A stretch of 52,257 nt of DNA from Catajapyx aquilonaris (lineage: Eukaryota). The stretch spans positions 1 through 52,257 of the forward strand of contig KZ538713.1 of NCBI GenBank assembly GCA_000934665.2, written 5' to 3'. Shown piece by piece: positions 22,364 to 35,218 of this stretch. The notes under the pieces were generated by a model. It worked only from the letters and a program-made list of their open reading frames with translations, was not told the DNA's origin and did no database searches. Position 1 is the stretch's first letter; the number at the start of each line of letters is the position of its first letter. The translations under genes were made by a program, and so were the position numbers.

Positions 22364-25300
22364 ATGGACCAGTTAGAGGACCATCCGAGACTAACAGTGT
22401 GTGCGGACAGGTTTAGAGACCTGAGGCCTTGCTGTTGCCACCAGCAGGACACGCTGGATAGACGATGGACACCTAGGTGCCACGATCTGTGTGACAATGA
22501 GTGTCAACAGTGCAGGAGGAGGAACAAGAGGAAAGTGGTGGCGTACGGAGAGTGGAGGTGGTGGAGGAGGAAGTGTGGTCCGCCCGTGACCGGACCATGG
22601 GCCGTTGTCATTGGATTCGCACTTGTGGTCATGGCCTGTGGAGGAGCGCAGGCCCAACCATCACAGGATGGCGGTGAGTACATGCAACAATGCATACATC
22701 CTGGTATCGACGAACCAGGATATAGCGCAACGACGAATTCCACGAAATAACCGGTACCCTGCATTGTCTGCTTATAGATTCATAGAAAGCGTGTCTGTTA
22801 TTGGATAGAAAATGTGCGTAGGTTGTATGCATCAGGGTACTGTACAGCACTAGAAATCGAATGCGCTTAATATAGCATCAGAAATATTGAAGAACTGCAG
22901 TGTAAGTTTACGATACACTGCACAAGCATCTACCCACCTGCTATCGAAATCTGAACGCGATAACTGAGTGCGATAAGTTGTTCATGTCTTGGACATGTCA
23001 CATGGTATATGAGGCTATTCTTGACGAATTTGAGGACCAAACAAATGTGGTTTTGGGACTTTCAATGAGAACCATCAGAAGCACCTATCATTGTGCCATG
23101 TGTCAGGTCTCTGTAGTCTGGAAGTGGGTTAGGTAGCCATTACATATAATTATGTAAAGGAACTTTGCCTTTTATATAGAGACAGATGCGCCTCTTATCG
23201 CCCTCAGTCATCGCATTTGGGTCTCAACGACTGCTTGCAACGCACCGTCCGTCCCTTTTGATTGCGAACGCAAATCTGACCGTCGTCCCCGCCCATCAAA
23301 CAACCCGATAACGACGGTCCGACATTAGCAAGGTACACAAATTAGGACCCGAGTCAACACGCATTGTGCTCGACTATTTTCCAGGGCAAAAACCCTTCAA
23401 AGTACGACCATTGATTGATACACCACTAAAGGCGGCCAAACTATTCCTCGGAAAAAACAGGAATAAGAGCGAGCCAAACGAGGCGTGATTTACGTCACGG
23501 TGTTGGTTTGCCCCGCCCCCTAATTACAACGTTATTCAAACGTGGTTGGGAGCTTTCACCTCATATATAGGGGTAGGGGTTGGTGGGGGGTATATAATTT
23601 TAAAATAAACTTAATACCGGGAGCATTTGCATGTTTGCCACGCTCAGAATGGAAGCAAGGCTTCTATTCTCGGATGTTGACTCACAGGATACCCTTTCAT
23701 AACAGATCGATGAGCCAATAATAGAGTATCAATAGCTGGTTTGATATCTATGGGCACCTTAGCGCTCTATATATAGGGCCGGTTGTGTCGAAGCAATCGG
23801 CTATTTAGCGGTTCGAGGGATTGTCGGGGACCAGTGAAGGACTAGCCGGAGACCAGTGAATGAACAGCCAGAGGACCAGTCACCAGGAGTGAGCAGCCAG
23901 GACAGTCACTAGCGAATGAGCAGCCAGAGGACCAGTGGCCAGAGAATGAGCAGCCAGAGGACCAGTCACCAGCGAATGAGCAGCCAGGGGGCCAGTCACC
24001 AGCGAATGAGCAGCCAGAGGACCAGTGGCCAGAGAATGAGCAGCCAGAGGACCTGTCACCAGCGAATGAGCAGCCAGGGGGCCAGTCACCAGCGAATGAG
24101 CAGCCAGAGGACCAGTCGCCAGCGAATGAGCAGCCAGGGGGCCAGTCATTTAGTGAATGAGCCAAGGGGTAAATCACTCGGCAGTTGAGCGTACAACGGA
24201 CTTGTAAAGAGCCGGACTTGTCGGACTTGAGCCCGGACTTGGCGGACTTGGCGCCAACCGTACAACGGACTTGACGAGTGATTTACCCCTTGGAATGAGC
24301 ATCCAGGGGGCCAGTCACCAGTGAATGAACGGCCAGGGGACCAGTCACCAAAGAATGAATACAGAGCCCAATGAAGGACCACGCGGGGCCCAGGCAAGGC
24401 GCAGTCTGGGACCCCCGAGTCGCACCGTTGTACGTGTGACTAACCCCCTCAGTTTTCGGGTGTGCCTGAGACTCTGAGGGTTGTTTTGGTCTGGCCCCCC
24501 CCCCACCCCCCGGCCCACCATGTCTGCAGCCAGTCCAATCCATTCTCCTCCCGGCAGCGTGAAAAGTGGGCCATGGCACTTTTTCTAGCTTTGGCGTGGC
24601 GTCTGCGTTCCCCGGATGCTGCGCCACGCTTCCTGAGAGAGGGGAGAGAGAGAGAGAGAAACCCTCAGAGTTTTACCTTTTACAGGGGCGCCCCCCAAAA
24701 AATATATAAGGCGGAGAACCGGAGAGGGGGGAGGGGGACCAAGGGCGGGTCTTGTGCCGAAAAAGCGGGTCGATATGGGGCGTCGGGACGGCTGACGACG
24801 CCACTACCCCCCACCCCACACTGACTGAGGGGGAGCGTCAATGGCGTCGTCGGAATAGTGAGGCTCATTCATCGTGTGACCCGTCCGTTGTTCAAAAGGT
24901 GCCCCACGTGTATGTACACTTTCAGGAGTAAGGTAGCAGACCTGAAGCTCAAAATAGTCTCCAAGAGGATCTCCGTCACTACTCAGTGAGAGAGCCGCTC
25001 TTGGAGGCTATTTTGAGCTTCAGGTCTGCTACCTTACTACTGAAAGTGTACATGTACACGTGGGGCACCGAGTGGGGCACCTTTTGAACTGCTGGGTGGA
25101 CACCCCGGACAAACATTGGCACAGACTCTTACCTGAGCCATGATGGCACGCGTTGGGTCACCGTTTCGACGTACGTCCAAAATAGCAGCGTAATACACGG
25201 GCCAAAATGGGCCAACGTTTTCTGGGAGCCCGTGAATCACCCTCCATAATTTCGCAGACACCCATTAAAACCCATTTATGCCACTGACTCACAGTCAGAG

Positions 25301-28300
25301 CCAGACATCTATTTTTGAGCCAGGCCCACCCTCGTATGTTGTTATTGAATAATTAGTAGAGAAGTGTCTACTTGCAGAAAATAAATAGAAGCCTAGGAGG
25401 GGGGGTTTTGTGCGGCGTAGATGTCCGCGTCGTAGTATTTTGACGTCAGCCGACCGACGTCACCGTCGACGGGGCCAAAGAACCGCTGCCCACGACGCCA
25501 AATTAAATCAAAGGGGGGCCGGAAATGAATTGCGGGCCGACGCCATCCCCATCTAGTGACGGGGCCTGGATTGGAGTGTGCTCCCTCGGGGGTCATCCCC
25601 CAGATATGTTTTTTTTTTCCCCAAGCCCTTCACCTGATCCCGTTTTAAAGAGTTTGGGTCAAGGGTAGAGATATTCAGGCAGACGCGTCGGCGCCTTTTG
25701 GTTCAATGGGGCTTTTTGGTATGGCGAAGCTTATGGGGGAGACCCTGGAAGCCTCTCTCTCTGTGTGTGTGTTTGAGCCTTTGGATCAATACTTGAACCT
25801 CGGCCGTATGTACCTGCCGGCATTTTGAAGGCGTGGGTGGAAAACAGAGACGTCACTTTTTTTTTGACGCAGGGGTCAGGTCAGATTTCGTGGGGATGGA
25901 AGGTGATGCCATCTAGCGGTGGGTCAGATGCCTGCCAGAACGAGGGTTTAAAAATTGCTGGGTCTGGAAACATGTTTTGGTATTTAAATGTTTTAAATAT
26001 ATGAAGTACTGTAGTTTCAAAAATTTCAAGCTGATAGCCAGACGGGCGCTGCCATCTAGCGGTGGGTCAGCCTGTAGGACGGTTTTGAACATTTCTGGGC
26101 CTGTAAACATGTTTGTGGCATTAAAATGTTATGAAGTACTGCAGTTTTAAAAATATTCAAGGTGATAGCCAGACAGGTGCTGCCATCGAGCGGTGGGTCA
26201 GTCTGCGTAAAGGATTTTTAAAAAGAGGGAGGCACGTCAACATTAAAATGGCTTAAAATTAAAAATAAATTCATGAAGTGCTTTGAAGAAAATTACCAGG
26301 TGAATCCATGACAGGTGCTGCCATGTGCCATCTAGCGATGGGTCAGCCTGTACAGTATGAGGGTTTTAAAGTTTTTGGAGCGTACATCTTCAAGCCCAAA
26401 AGTAGCATTAAAAGTGGGAAAGCGTTATATCGAGGTTTTACTGTATATGACGTAGTTTTCAAGAATATATATATTCAGGCTGATAGCCCGACAGGTGCAG
26501 CCATCTAGCGGTGGGTCAGAATATGCCTGAAGTGTTTAAAATAATCTGGACGCCTGTCAAAATGGCTTTAAAATGTTTTAAAATGTTTTAAAATGACAAA
26601 ACAGTGTAAAGTGTGCAGTATTTTTATTTTTAAAAAAATCATGCGATGCCGCCACAGATGTTGCCATCTAGCGGTGGGTCAGTCTGCCTGAACGAGTTTT
26701 AAGAAAATCTCGGGGCCTGTAAACATTAATGACATTAAATTGTTGTAAAATTAAAAATAAACGCATGAAGCGTTTGGAAGAAAATTTCAGGTGAATCTAC
26801 GACAGGTGCTGCCATATGCCATCTAGCGATGGGTCAGTCGGCCTGAACGAGTTTTAAGAAAATCTCGATGCCTGTAAACATATTTATGGCATTAAAATGG
26901 TTTAAAATTAAAAATAAACGCAAGTGTTTGGAAGAAAATTTGAGGGGAATCGACGACAGGTGCTGTGCCATCTAGCGGTGGGTCAGTCTGCTCTGAACGA
27001 GTTATTTTAAAATCGCGATGCATGTAAACATATATTGAGGCTTTTTAATAGTTTACACTCTTATTTAAACTGCCGATACAGGCAATACATCAAATGTATT
27101 CGTTTTTTGCACTAGCAGTAGTTCTGTAACATTGAACTGTAAACAGCAGTAAACTATACAGATAATGGTGAAAAGTGAAATGCATGTAAGGGAAGTCTCC
27201 CTGTATAATTATACCGTAAGGTGCTCAGACCTCAATCTCGTATTTATCTATCTATCACTTATTATGTGAAGCAGTGTTAAAATGAAGCTAATGGTCCGAC
27301 AGGTGCTGCCATCTAGCGGTGGGTCAGTCTGCCCTTAATGAGTTATTTTAAAATCGCGAAGGCCTGTGAACATATTTTGAGCCTTTAAAATGATTTAAAA
27401 TTTAAACTTAACATATGAAGCAGTGTACAAAAAAGTGATGGCCCGACAAGTGCTGCCATCTAGCGGTGGGTCACTGCCTGACCAATTTGTTTAAAAATGG
27501 CGCCGCTAATACGCACAACTGCTGATTTTGCTGATGAATAGAGCTTAATTGGCGAATATCTTCACACTGGGTTGGCTCCTGTATATTATTTCGCCCGACT
27601 TGAAACGCAGTTGATTCGAAAAGGTCAGTTGCATTGACAACACCCCATGCTGCTGAGCCTGAGTCGTGGGGGGATTTGTCAATAAATTTCAATGTCATGA
27701 GAGAGGAATATTAAGGACGGCCTCATTGAGCACACTTCCTTTCTCTGGAAGAGTTAAAAAAGAAACGCGCAAAACACACGCTCTACTGCGCCATAGGGAC
27801 GGTGGGGTAGGGGGGGGTGGGGGATTTAAAGTTGCGCAAAAATGGCGGGTATTACAACCGGATTTATATGTTGTAACCGGATGGAAAAGGCTGAATTTAT
27901 ATACAGTATTTGGTATTTAATGTAAGTATATTTTTGCAGTGTTTTCCGGCTGGCCCACCGCTAGATGTCAGCATCGCCTGGAAATTATGTTAATGCGTTA
28001 CACACTTATTTTTAGCTGTAAAATATTTTTAACAGCATTATATATGCCATTAAAAATATACATGAATATTTGCAAGGTCACTCACCTAATATATTAGGTC
28101 AGCGACCTTGCAAATATTCATGTACGAAACCTACCCCATGCACCCCATATGTACCCATATGTACTCGAGTCTTGCAGTAAAACACTGTAACCTTGTGCTG
28201 TCAATTTGCAAAAATGGGATCAATATCGTGAAATAATAGGTCAGTTAAGACACGTGCTATAGTTTTTGTTAGTTTGCAAAAATTTGTTGGCGAAAGTATA

Positions 28301-31300
28301 GGGGTCTAGACTGGTCGACATTGCGTGCAGTCTTGCGAAACTGTTGCGCACATTTAACAGGGTTTTTGCGTGAGTTTTTTTTATGTCGTGGGGGAGAGGT
28401 CAGTGACTCTGGATGGGTGAGGGGTGCTTACTCATAGGAGACTAATTTTACCTGGGTATGAATAAAAGTGAATATGAATGACCTTTGACCTCTTGACCCA
28501 CAGTGTGCCAGAGCATTGACATCAGGAACAGCGTGGATATGTTCCAGCGACTCAAAGGCTGTAGGGTGATTGAGGGGTTCCTACAGATCCTTCTGATTGA
28601 CCATGCTAACGAGTCAGAGTACCAGAACCTGAGGTTTCCAGAGCTGACCGAGGTGACCGGGTACTTCCTGCTGTACCGGGTGTATGGCCTGCGCACCCTC
28701 AGACACATCTTTCCCAACCTGGCGGTCATCCGGGGGAACAAGCTCTTCTTCAACTACGCCTTCGTGGTCTTCGAGGTCCTCCATATGCAGGAGATTGGCC
28801 TCCCTGGACTCACAGACATCCTCAGGGGCAGCGTCCGGATTGAGAAGAACCCTAACCTCTGCTACGTGGACACCGTGGACTGGGACCTCATCGCTAAGGC
28901 TGGAAAAGGCGGACACTTCATCAAGGTATGGCCTCAAAATAGGTTCCTAAATTTGAACATCTTGACCAATTTTTGTCAATTGTTCACAGGGGAACAAAGC
29001 GAGCGACGAGTGTCCCAACATCTGTCCCAGCGAGTGTCCCAGGTCGTCGCACTCCCTCCAGCTCCTGTGTTGGAACAGCCAGCACTGTCAGAAAGGTGAC
29101 CGACTATTTTTGAGATGTGCATATGGGGTCTACCTGTCACACAGTTTGTCCTCTAGACAGGACATGTCCCCAATTTGGGTCCAGGGCATGTGTCCAAGTC
29201 ACACACACCTGAAATAGACATGTCAGCAAGTACATGGGAAAAAATGTAACTCGAGGATGTTGTTTGTCACTCATGTACACAGCGTTATTATTTTTTTTAT
29301 GCTTGTTGTTTTGCCGGAGGGCTTTTTTTATTTTTAAAATTTAGTGCCTCATAAAAGTGGGAGGCCATTTGCATGGAAAGAATGGAGGAAGGAAATGTGC
29401 TGAGGTTTTTTTCCCCCCTTTCTGTCATTTGTTTAACGAGTGTGTATGCATAACAGATCTGTATTTCAGCCGATTATATGTGGGGGTGGGGGTGGAATAA
29501 TGGTTATGAATCTTTCAAGCGGATGATGACGTTGGCATTGTGCTAACCTAAACCGGAAACATTAGGTTTAACGTTAGTGGTTTGAGTTTTTTAATGGGGG
29601 GAAGTTGTGTTGGTTGTAAGGAGGGTTTCAGGGGATTGGGAGGGGGAGGGAAACAGAGGTTATCAGATTGATTGACAGGTGTGGGATCAGGTGATGTCAC
29701 CAGTACATATCTGAGGGATATGGATTTCATGGATGTGTTTGTGACACGCGACTGTTTATCAGAATGGGATAAGTGACGGATCTGATTTTATCTGGCGTCT
29801 ATGTAAAGGTTAGAAATAATTTATGTGTAAATATGCATTAATATACGGTAGAGTACATATGTACTTTCTGTACGTAACTTGATCCAGTGTGATTGGGTAC
29901 AGCAAGTTTCCGGTGCTGCATGTGCCGTGTTTGCCTGCTTGCCAAGCTTGTTTTATTCCGGTCACATTGCCTTCCCCGTAGAATCTGATTTGCAATTAAG
30001 GTTCTTTCTGCACACAAGGAGGAGGATGTAAAGTTGTTGACAAGGTTCCCACAGGTGGGATGTTGTTTCCTGCCTCCCCCCCTCCCCTTCACCTTTGGCA
30101 ATATCTAAGGGGCCACGTGGAAACTTTCCCATGGGGAAGTGTGTTGAGCTTTTCAGAATATTTGATGTGCGTCTGATTCAAATTTTGTTTGTTTCAGTGT
30201 GCGACCAGTGTGGGTCGCTGGCCTGCAATGGGTCAGTCTGCTGCCACGAGCAGTGCTTGGGGGGGTGCAGGGGTCCTCTCCAGAGAGATTGCGTGGCCTG
30301 CAGGCATGCCGTCCTCAACGGGGACTGCATCGAGCACTGCCCATCAGAGACATACCTGGTGAGTGCTGTCATCGCGTGGGTTCAAGTCACACCACTTCTT
30401 GCGTTCTCTCAGCGGCACAATCTGGTCCTAAAACTGGGGTTAAAGACCTGAAATGCAGATAGCCTTTTGCACCCGAAGTCTAGTTAATTTCCGGTCGGAA
30501 AGGAGGCAAAATCCCTGCCGCTTCACATCTCAGGTTTCCTTCTGATCAGCAGAATTTGAAGGGGTTTCCTCATGTATATAAAAGGCTACTCCATTGGGTT
30601 CATCAGGCATTGAACCAAGGCTACCACTGTTTTGTGGGAAGAGTGCAATGCACTTTGGAGGAAAAACAGGCTGGCCTTATAACCAGGAAAACATGGCTGT
30701 GCCCATTTCTGCCCTACATATTGTGTGGTGGATGTTGACATGCTGTAATAATTATTGCCTCTGCAGTACCTCCAGCGCAGATGTGTGACAGACTTTGAAT
30801 GCATGGATATGCCGCCCCCGCTGGATCAGTATTATGAGACTGGCCTCAATTGGAAGCCGTTCAACCTCACCTGCACACTCAAGTGCCCTCCAGGATTCGA
30901 GGAAGTCAAGGAAGGAAACATGTATACCTGCCGAGAATGCAAAGGTGATTGAGAGAGCCTTCCTGGCATTGGACTAGTGTCATTATCAGCATTTTGTCAT
31001 TTTGGACAGGCAAGTGCCAGAAGGAGTGCGTCGGATTGAATGTGGACAGCATCTCAGCAGCTCAGAAGCTCAGAGGATGTACTTACATCAGGGGAGCTCT
31101 GGAGATCCAGATTGGAGGAGGAAGTGAGTCGCCTTTTTCCACATCATTTCCCTGGAGCTTTGGGGAAGGACGGCATTGAACAGCTAATCCAAATTGCTTT
31201 TCTGTTCTTTAGAGAATGTCATCAAGGAGCTGGAAGAAAATCTGAATTCCATTGAGGAGGTTGAAGATTACGTGAAAGTGAGTCGGTCGTTTCCACTGGT

Positions 31301-34300
31301 GTCCCTCAACTTTCTCAAGTCCTTGAGAATTATCCATGGAAAGAGGCCGGAAAGAGACCAGTAAGGAGTTCATCTTGGAATGTTGGGTTTTTGATTGGCA
31401 TGTGTTCATTCATTGTTGCGTTATAGATATGCCCTGGTTGTGTATGAGAATCAGAATCTGCAGGAGCTCTGGAACTGGACTAGCAGAGCACACCCACTTG
31501 AAATCAGAGGCAAGAGCAAGTTTTTTTTCCACTTCAACCCGAAACTCTGCCTGGAGAAGATCGAGCAGCTTAGGATTGTCACAGGATTGCCCGAGTTTGA
31601 CCCTGCGGATGTGGCTCCAAATTCCAATGGAGACAAAGTAGCATGTGAGTTTGGAAGAATATTAGAAAAATATTTACAAATTTTAATGGTGCTGGTCAAT
31701 TTTGCAGGCGAACTGGAGAGGCTCAACTTGGTGGTGGACAAGAAAGCTCCAAAGGCAGTTGTGCTGCAGTGGGACAACTTCAGGAGGCACCTGCCCGACA
31801 GGAGGTCTCTGCTGGGATACATAGTCTCTTATATCGAGGCCCCATACCAGAACATCTCTCTCTACGAAGGAAGGGATGCATGTGGAGGAGACGGGTTAGT
31901 TATTGTGCCACACTTTTATTTGTGTGCATAAATTGAGTTCATGACATTTTCCTTCCTCCTACCATTCCTACACAGGTGGAAAGTGGATGATGTATCTGCT
32001 AATGATGACATCAACTCTTCCTCCACTGGACCTGAGGTTGAATACGAGTCTCACATAATTACCCAGCTGAAGCCTTTCACCCAGTATGCAGTGTACGTGA
32101 AGACCTACACCATTGCCTCTGAACGTCGTGGAGCAGAGAGCAACATCACATACTTCACCACCCATCCAGACACTCCCTCTCCGCCAGTTGAGCTTCAGGG
32201 TCATTCCAGGTCACCCTCCCAGATTGCCATAGACTGGAAGGCACCCTCGTACCCGAATGGCAACGTCACATACTACAGGGTGTACCTCCACGTAGAGCAG
32301 GATGACCGAGACTTCCTGGACCAAAGGGATTATTGCAAGGAACCTCCGTTGCCCTCAGACCACAAGAAGAAGAAGGAGGGGGAGATTTGGGAAGACCCGG
32401 ACAAAAAGGGGTCGTTTTCAGGCCAAGGCGTTGATGGAGAACCATGTTGCGCATGCCCCAAAAACAAGAAGCAGCTGGAGCAGGAGGAGCAGGAGATTCA
32501 GTTCCAGATTCACTTTGAGGACTTCCTGCATAATCAGGTTTACATTAAAAGGTAAGCGTGTGATATGCTCCTCTACTTACAAACAAATCAGGATCAGTAT
32601 AACTCGGCTCATACCTGGAGACTCGCAGGAAACCAACACCTCCTGCATCAACTTATGCTTTTCAATCCTTGCAGGCAGGACATTTCTGACAAGAAGCGTC
32701 AACGTCGTTCCATCTCGTCAGTTCCGTGGGACCTACCGATCCCAGCTCCACTCTTAGGCAACTCCACCATGCCCACTCCAACCTCTGAACGTCCCCCACA
32801 GGAGATGTTCACCCAGCCAAAATACTTCGTGAATCAGACCCACCTTACCATTGGGAATCTGTCCCACTTTACGGAGTACACCATTGCAGTGGAGGCCTGC
32901 CGTGAGAGCCACCCGGAGATCAAAGTGGACAGGAAGGTGTGCAGCACCAAGAGCATAATCACCATCCGTACTCTGCCCTTGTCAGTAGCGGACGCAGTTG
33001 ATTCAAGAGGTGTCTCTCTGGAGGTGTCAAACCACACTTCAGGCAGAGTCAGATTGCGATGGGAGGAAGTCAGGCGTCCCAACGGACTTGTGGTGGCCTA
33101 CCACATAGAGTACAAGCGAGCAGATATTGAGAGTGTGAAGCCCACAGTTGAGTGCATCACCAGGAAGCAGTTTGAGCAGGGGGGCAGGTCTCACGAGATT
33201 GGGAACCTGGCTCCTGGTAACTACAGCTTGAGGCTCGCTGCCACCTCCCTGGCGGGGATCGGGAATTACACTGCACCCAGATACATTCTAATCAGAGTGA
33301 GTGTCTTGGCATCTTCGTAATTGGTAGCTGTTCAACGTGATTCATTCTTCATTTTTGCCTGCAGGAGCCAACCAACAGACTCTCTACGGAAACCATTGCG
33401 GCCATATGTGCAGGGGTCCTTCTGGTTGTGGTGATGGTTGCAGTGACAGGAGCTTTCTATTATCGCAAGAAGATTTCTCAGACCATTCCAAACGGGATAT
33501 TGTTTGCTTCCGTCAATCCAGAGTATGTCAGCGCTGGGGACGGTAAGTGTGCCTGAGTTGTTGAACATGCATTGTAATGACTTGCATTCTGGTGAATGAA
33601 AAATAACTTGTTTTGTGCTTCCAGTGTATGTTCCGGATGAGTGGGAAGTACCCCGTGAAAAAATAGAGCTGATCCGTGAGCTGGGCCAAGGTTCATTTGG
33701 AATGGTCTATGAGGGACTGGCCATAGATCTAGAGGAGGATCAGGGGAGCATCAAGTGTGCCGTCAAGACTGTCAATGAGCATGCATCCGATCGGGACAGG
33801 ATTGAGTTCCTAAACGAAGCTTCTGTCATGAAGTGAGTGCCTTACCATATGCAATTACAACTCAATGCCATATGCAGTTTAATTTATGGTGCCAATTAGC
33901 GAATCCGCAGGAGTGCATGCCAACTGTGCAAACAAATGCAGTGTTCCTTAATAGCAAGAAGCATGCCATAAATCACAAGGTCCTGTTCATTCAGCATGCC
34001 TGTTCCTCTATTTCGTAGGGCTTTCAACTGCCACCATGTAGTGAAGCTTCTGGGTGTGGTGTCAAAGGGTCAGCCGACCCTGGTGGTAATGGAGCTAATG
34101 GCCAGTGGTGACCTGAAGAGCTACCTCCGCTCCCACCGTCCAGACTGCCCTGCAGAAAATCCCTCCGACCAGCAGCCACCCACCTTGAAGCGAATTCTCC
34201 AGATGGCAGCAGAGATAGCAGATGGGATGGCCTATCTTGCGGCCAAGAAGTTTGTCCACCGGGATCTGGCTGCCCGCAACTGCATGGTGGCCGAGGACCT

Positions 34301-35218
34301 GACTGTCAAGATAGGGGACTTTGGGATGACCAGGGACATCTACGAGACAGACTACTACAGGAAGGGAAGCAAGGGACTCCTGCCAGTCAGGTGGATGTCA
34401 CCAGAGAGTCTGAAGGACGGGGTGTTCACCTCCCAGTCTGATGTCTGGAGCTATGGAGTTGTGCTCTGGGAGATGGCCACCCTTGCCTCACAGCCTTACC
34501 AGGTTTGAGAAATTACAGAGGAACAAATATGTCATTTCACACTTTGATAGGTCATGAACTCGTCTTTGGCACTCAAAAGCTGCTGATGTTAATTTAGGAT
34601 GTGCACATTGCTCGATTGACACGATTTTTCACGCAGGGCCTGTCCAATGAGCAAGTTCTCCGCTACGTGATTGATGGAGGAATAATGGAGCGTCCTGAGA
34701 ACTGCCCAGAGAAACTGTACGAGCTGATGACTGTTTGCTGGCAGCATTCGCCCCACGCTCGCCCTCGCTTTATGGACCTAGTCTCGCTCCTGCTCACTGA
34801 CGTCAGCCCTGAGTTTTCCCAAGTGTCCTTCTACCATGGGGCAGAGGCGCAGGAGCTCCGGGCTCAGAAGGAGACTCACCTGCACAGGGAGAGGGCTCAG
34901 GAAGCGGAGGAGGAGGAAGACTTAAGTGCCAGTGAGAGTGACGAGGAGGAAGCCACCCCGCTGACTCCCCTGAGGACAGGCATCGTGTTCTGTCCAAGGA
35001 ACAGTGGGTCCGAGAGTGAAGGGAGTGACGAGAGTGTGGGAGAACCAGAGTTGAGAGAGGTCAGGACTGACACCATGGCCGTTGTCAACAGGGAGGACAG
35101 CGGGGGGTTGGCCACGGTCAACTCGGCTTCCAGCGAAGGGAGCAAGGCCAGCGGGAGAAGTGCCGCCAATGGGTTCATCAGTCACAGGACGCCAGTGATG
35201 AAAACTACTGAGTGCTAG
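22364..35218 (+). CDS. InR: Insulin/IGF-like peptide receptor, paralogue a (canonical), 15 exons, ~1497 aa
   Basis: Exons 22364-22673, 28504-28925, 28990-29095, 30198-30358, 30767-30944, 31010-31123, 31213-31360, 31427-31644, 31708-31894, 31976-32551, 32675-33296, 33365-33542, 33625-33832, 34019-34502, 34637-35218. All GT-AG and phase-consistent (4494 nt). Domains: L1 (CQSIDIRN...FPNLAVIRG), furin-like Cys-rich, L2, FnIII, CCAC triplet, alpha[16 protein letters not shown] cleavage site, TM, NPEY, kinase [23 protein letters not shown]. The start ATG was chosen by homology with paralogue b. Confidence 0.97.
23830..24370. repeat. 30-bp minisatellite (aatgagcagccagaggaccagtcaccagcg) in InR-a intron 1, interrupted by cggacttg repeats
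   Basis: About 9 well-preserved units at 23880-24150, with degenerate flanking units. Confidence 0.92.
24890..25089. mobile_element. 200-bp nested palindrome/MITE in InR-a intron 1
   Basis: Outer arms gttcaaaaggtgccccac / gtggggcaccttttgaac; inner arms agtaaggtagcagacctgaagctcaaaatag / ctattttgagcttcaggtctgctaccttact (same family as 9524-10175). Confidence 0.8.
25901..27973 (-). repeat. Array of ~130-175 bp units with conserved core GCCATCTAGCGGTGGGTCAG (CTCF-like) and AT-rich variable spacers
   Basis: Cores start at 25908, 26051, 26182, 26327, 26500, 26663, 26818, 26967, 27308 and 27455; one inverted copy at 27954. Confidence 0.9.
28059..28124. repeat. 66-bp near-perfect palindrome
   Basis: tacatgaatatttgcaaggtc...cctaatatattagg...gaccttgcaaatattcatgta. 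Confidence 0.85.

Noticed and set aside
23842..24188. Repetitive ORFs ([10 protein letters not shown] / [10 protein letters not shown] repeats)
   Set aside because: Translations of a 30-bp minisatellite open in several frames, with no splice support.
25901..27475. CRISPR-like repeat-spacer array
   Set aside because: It lies in a eukaryotic intron, the spacers are >100 bp and related to each other, and there are no cas genes; it is a degenerate tandem repeat.
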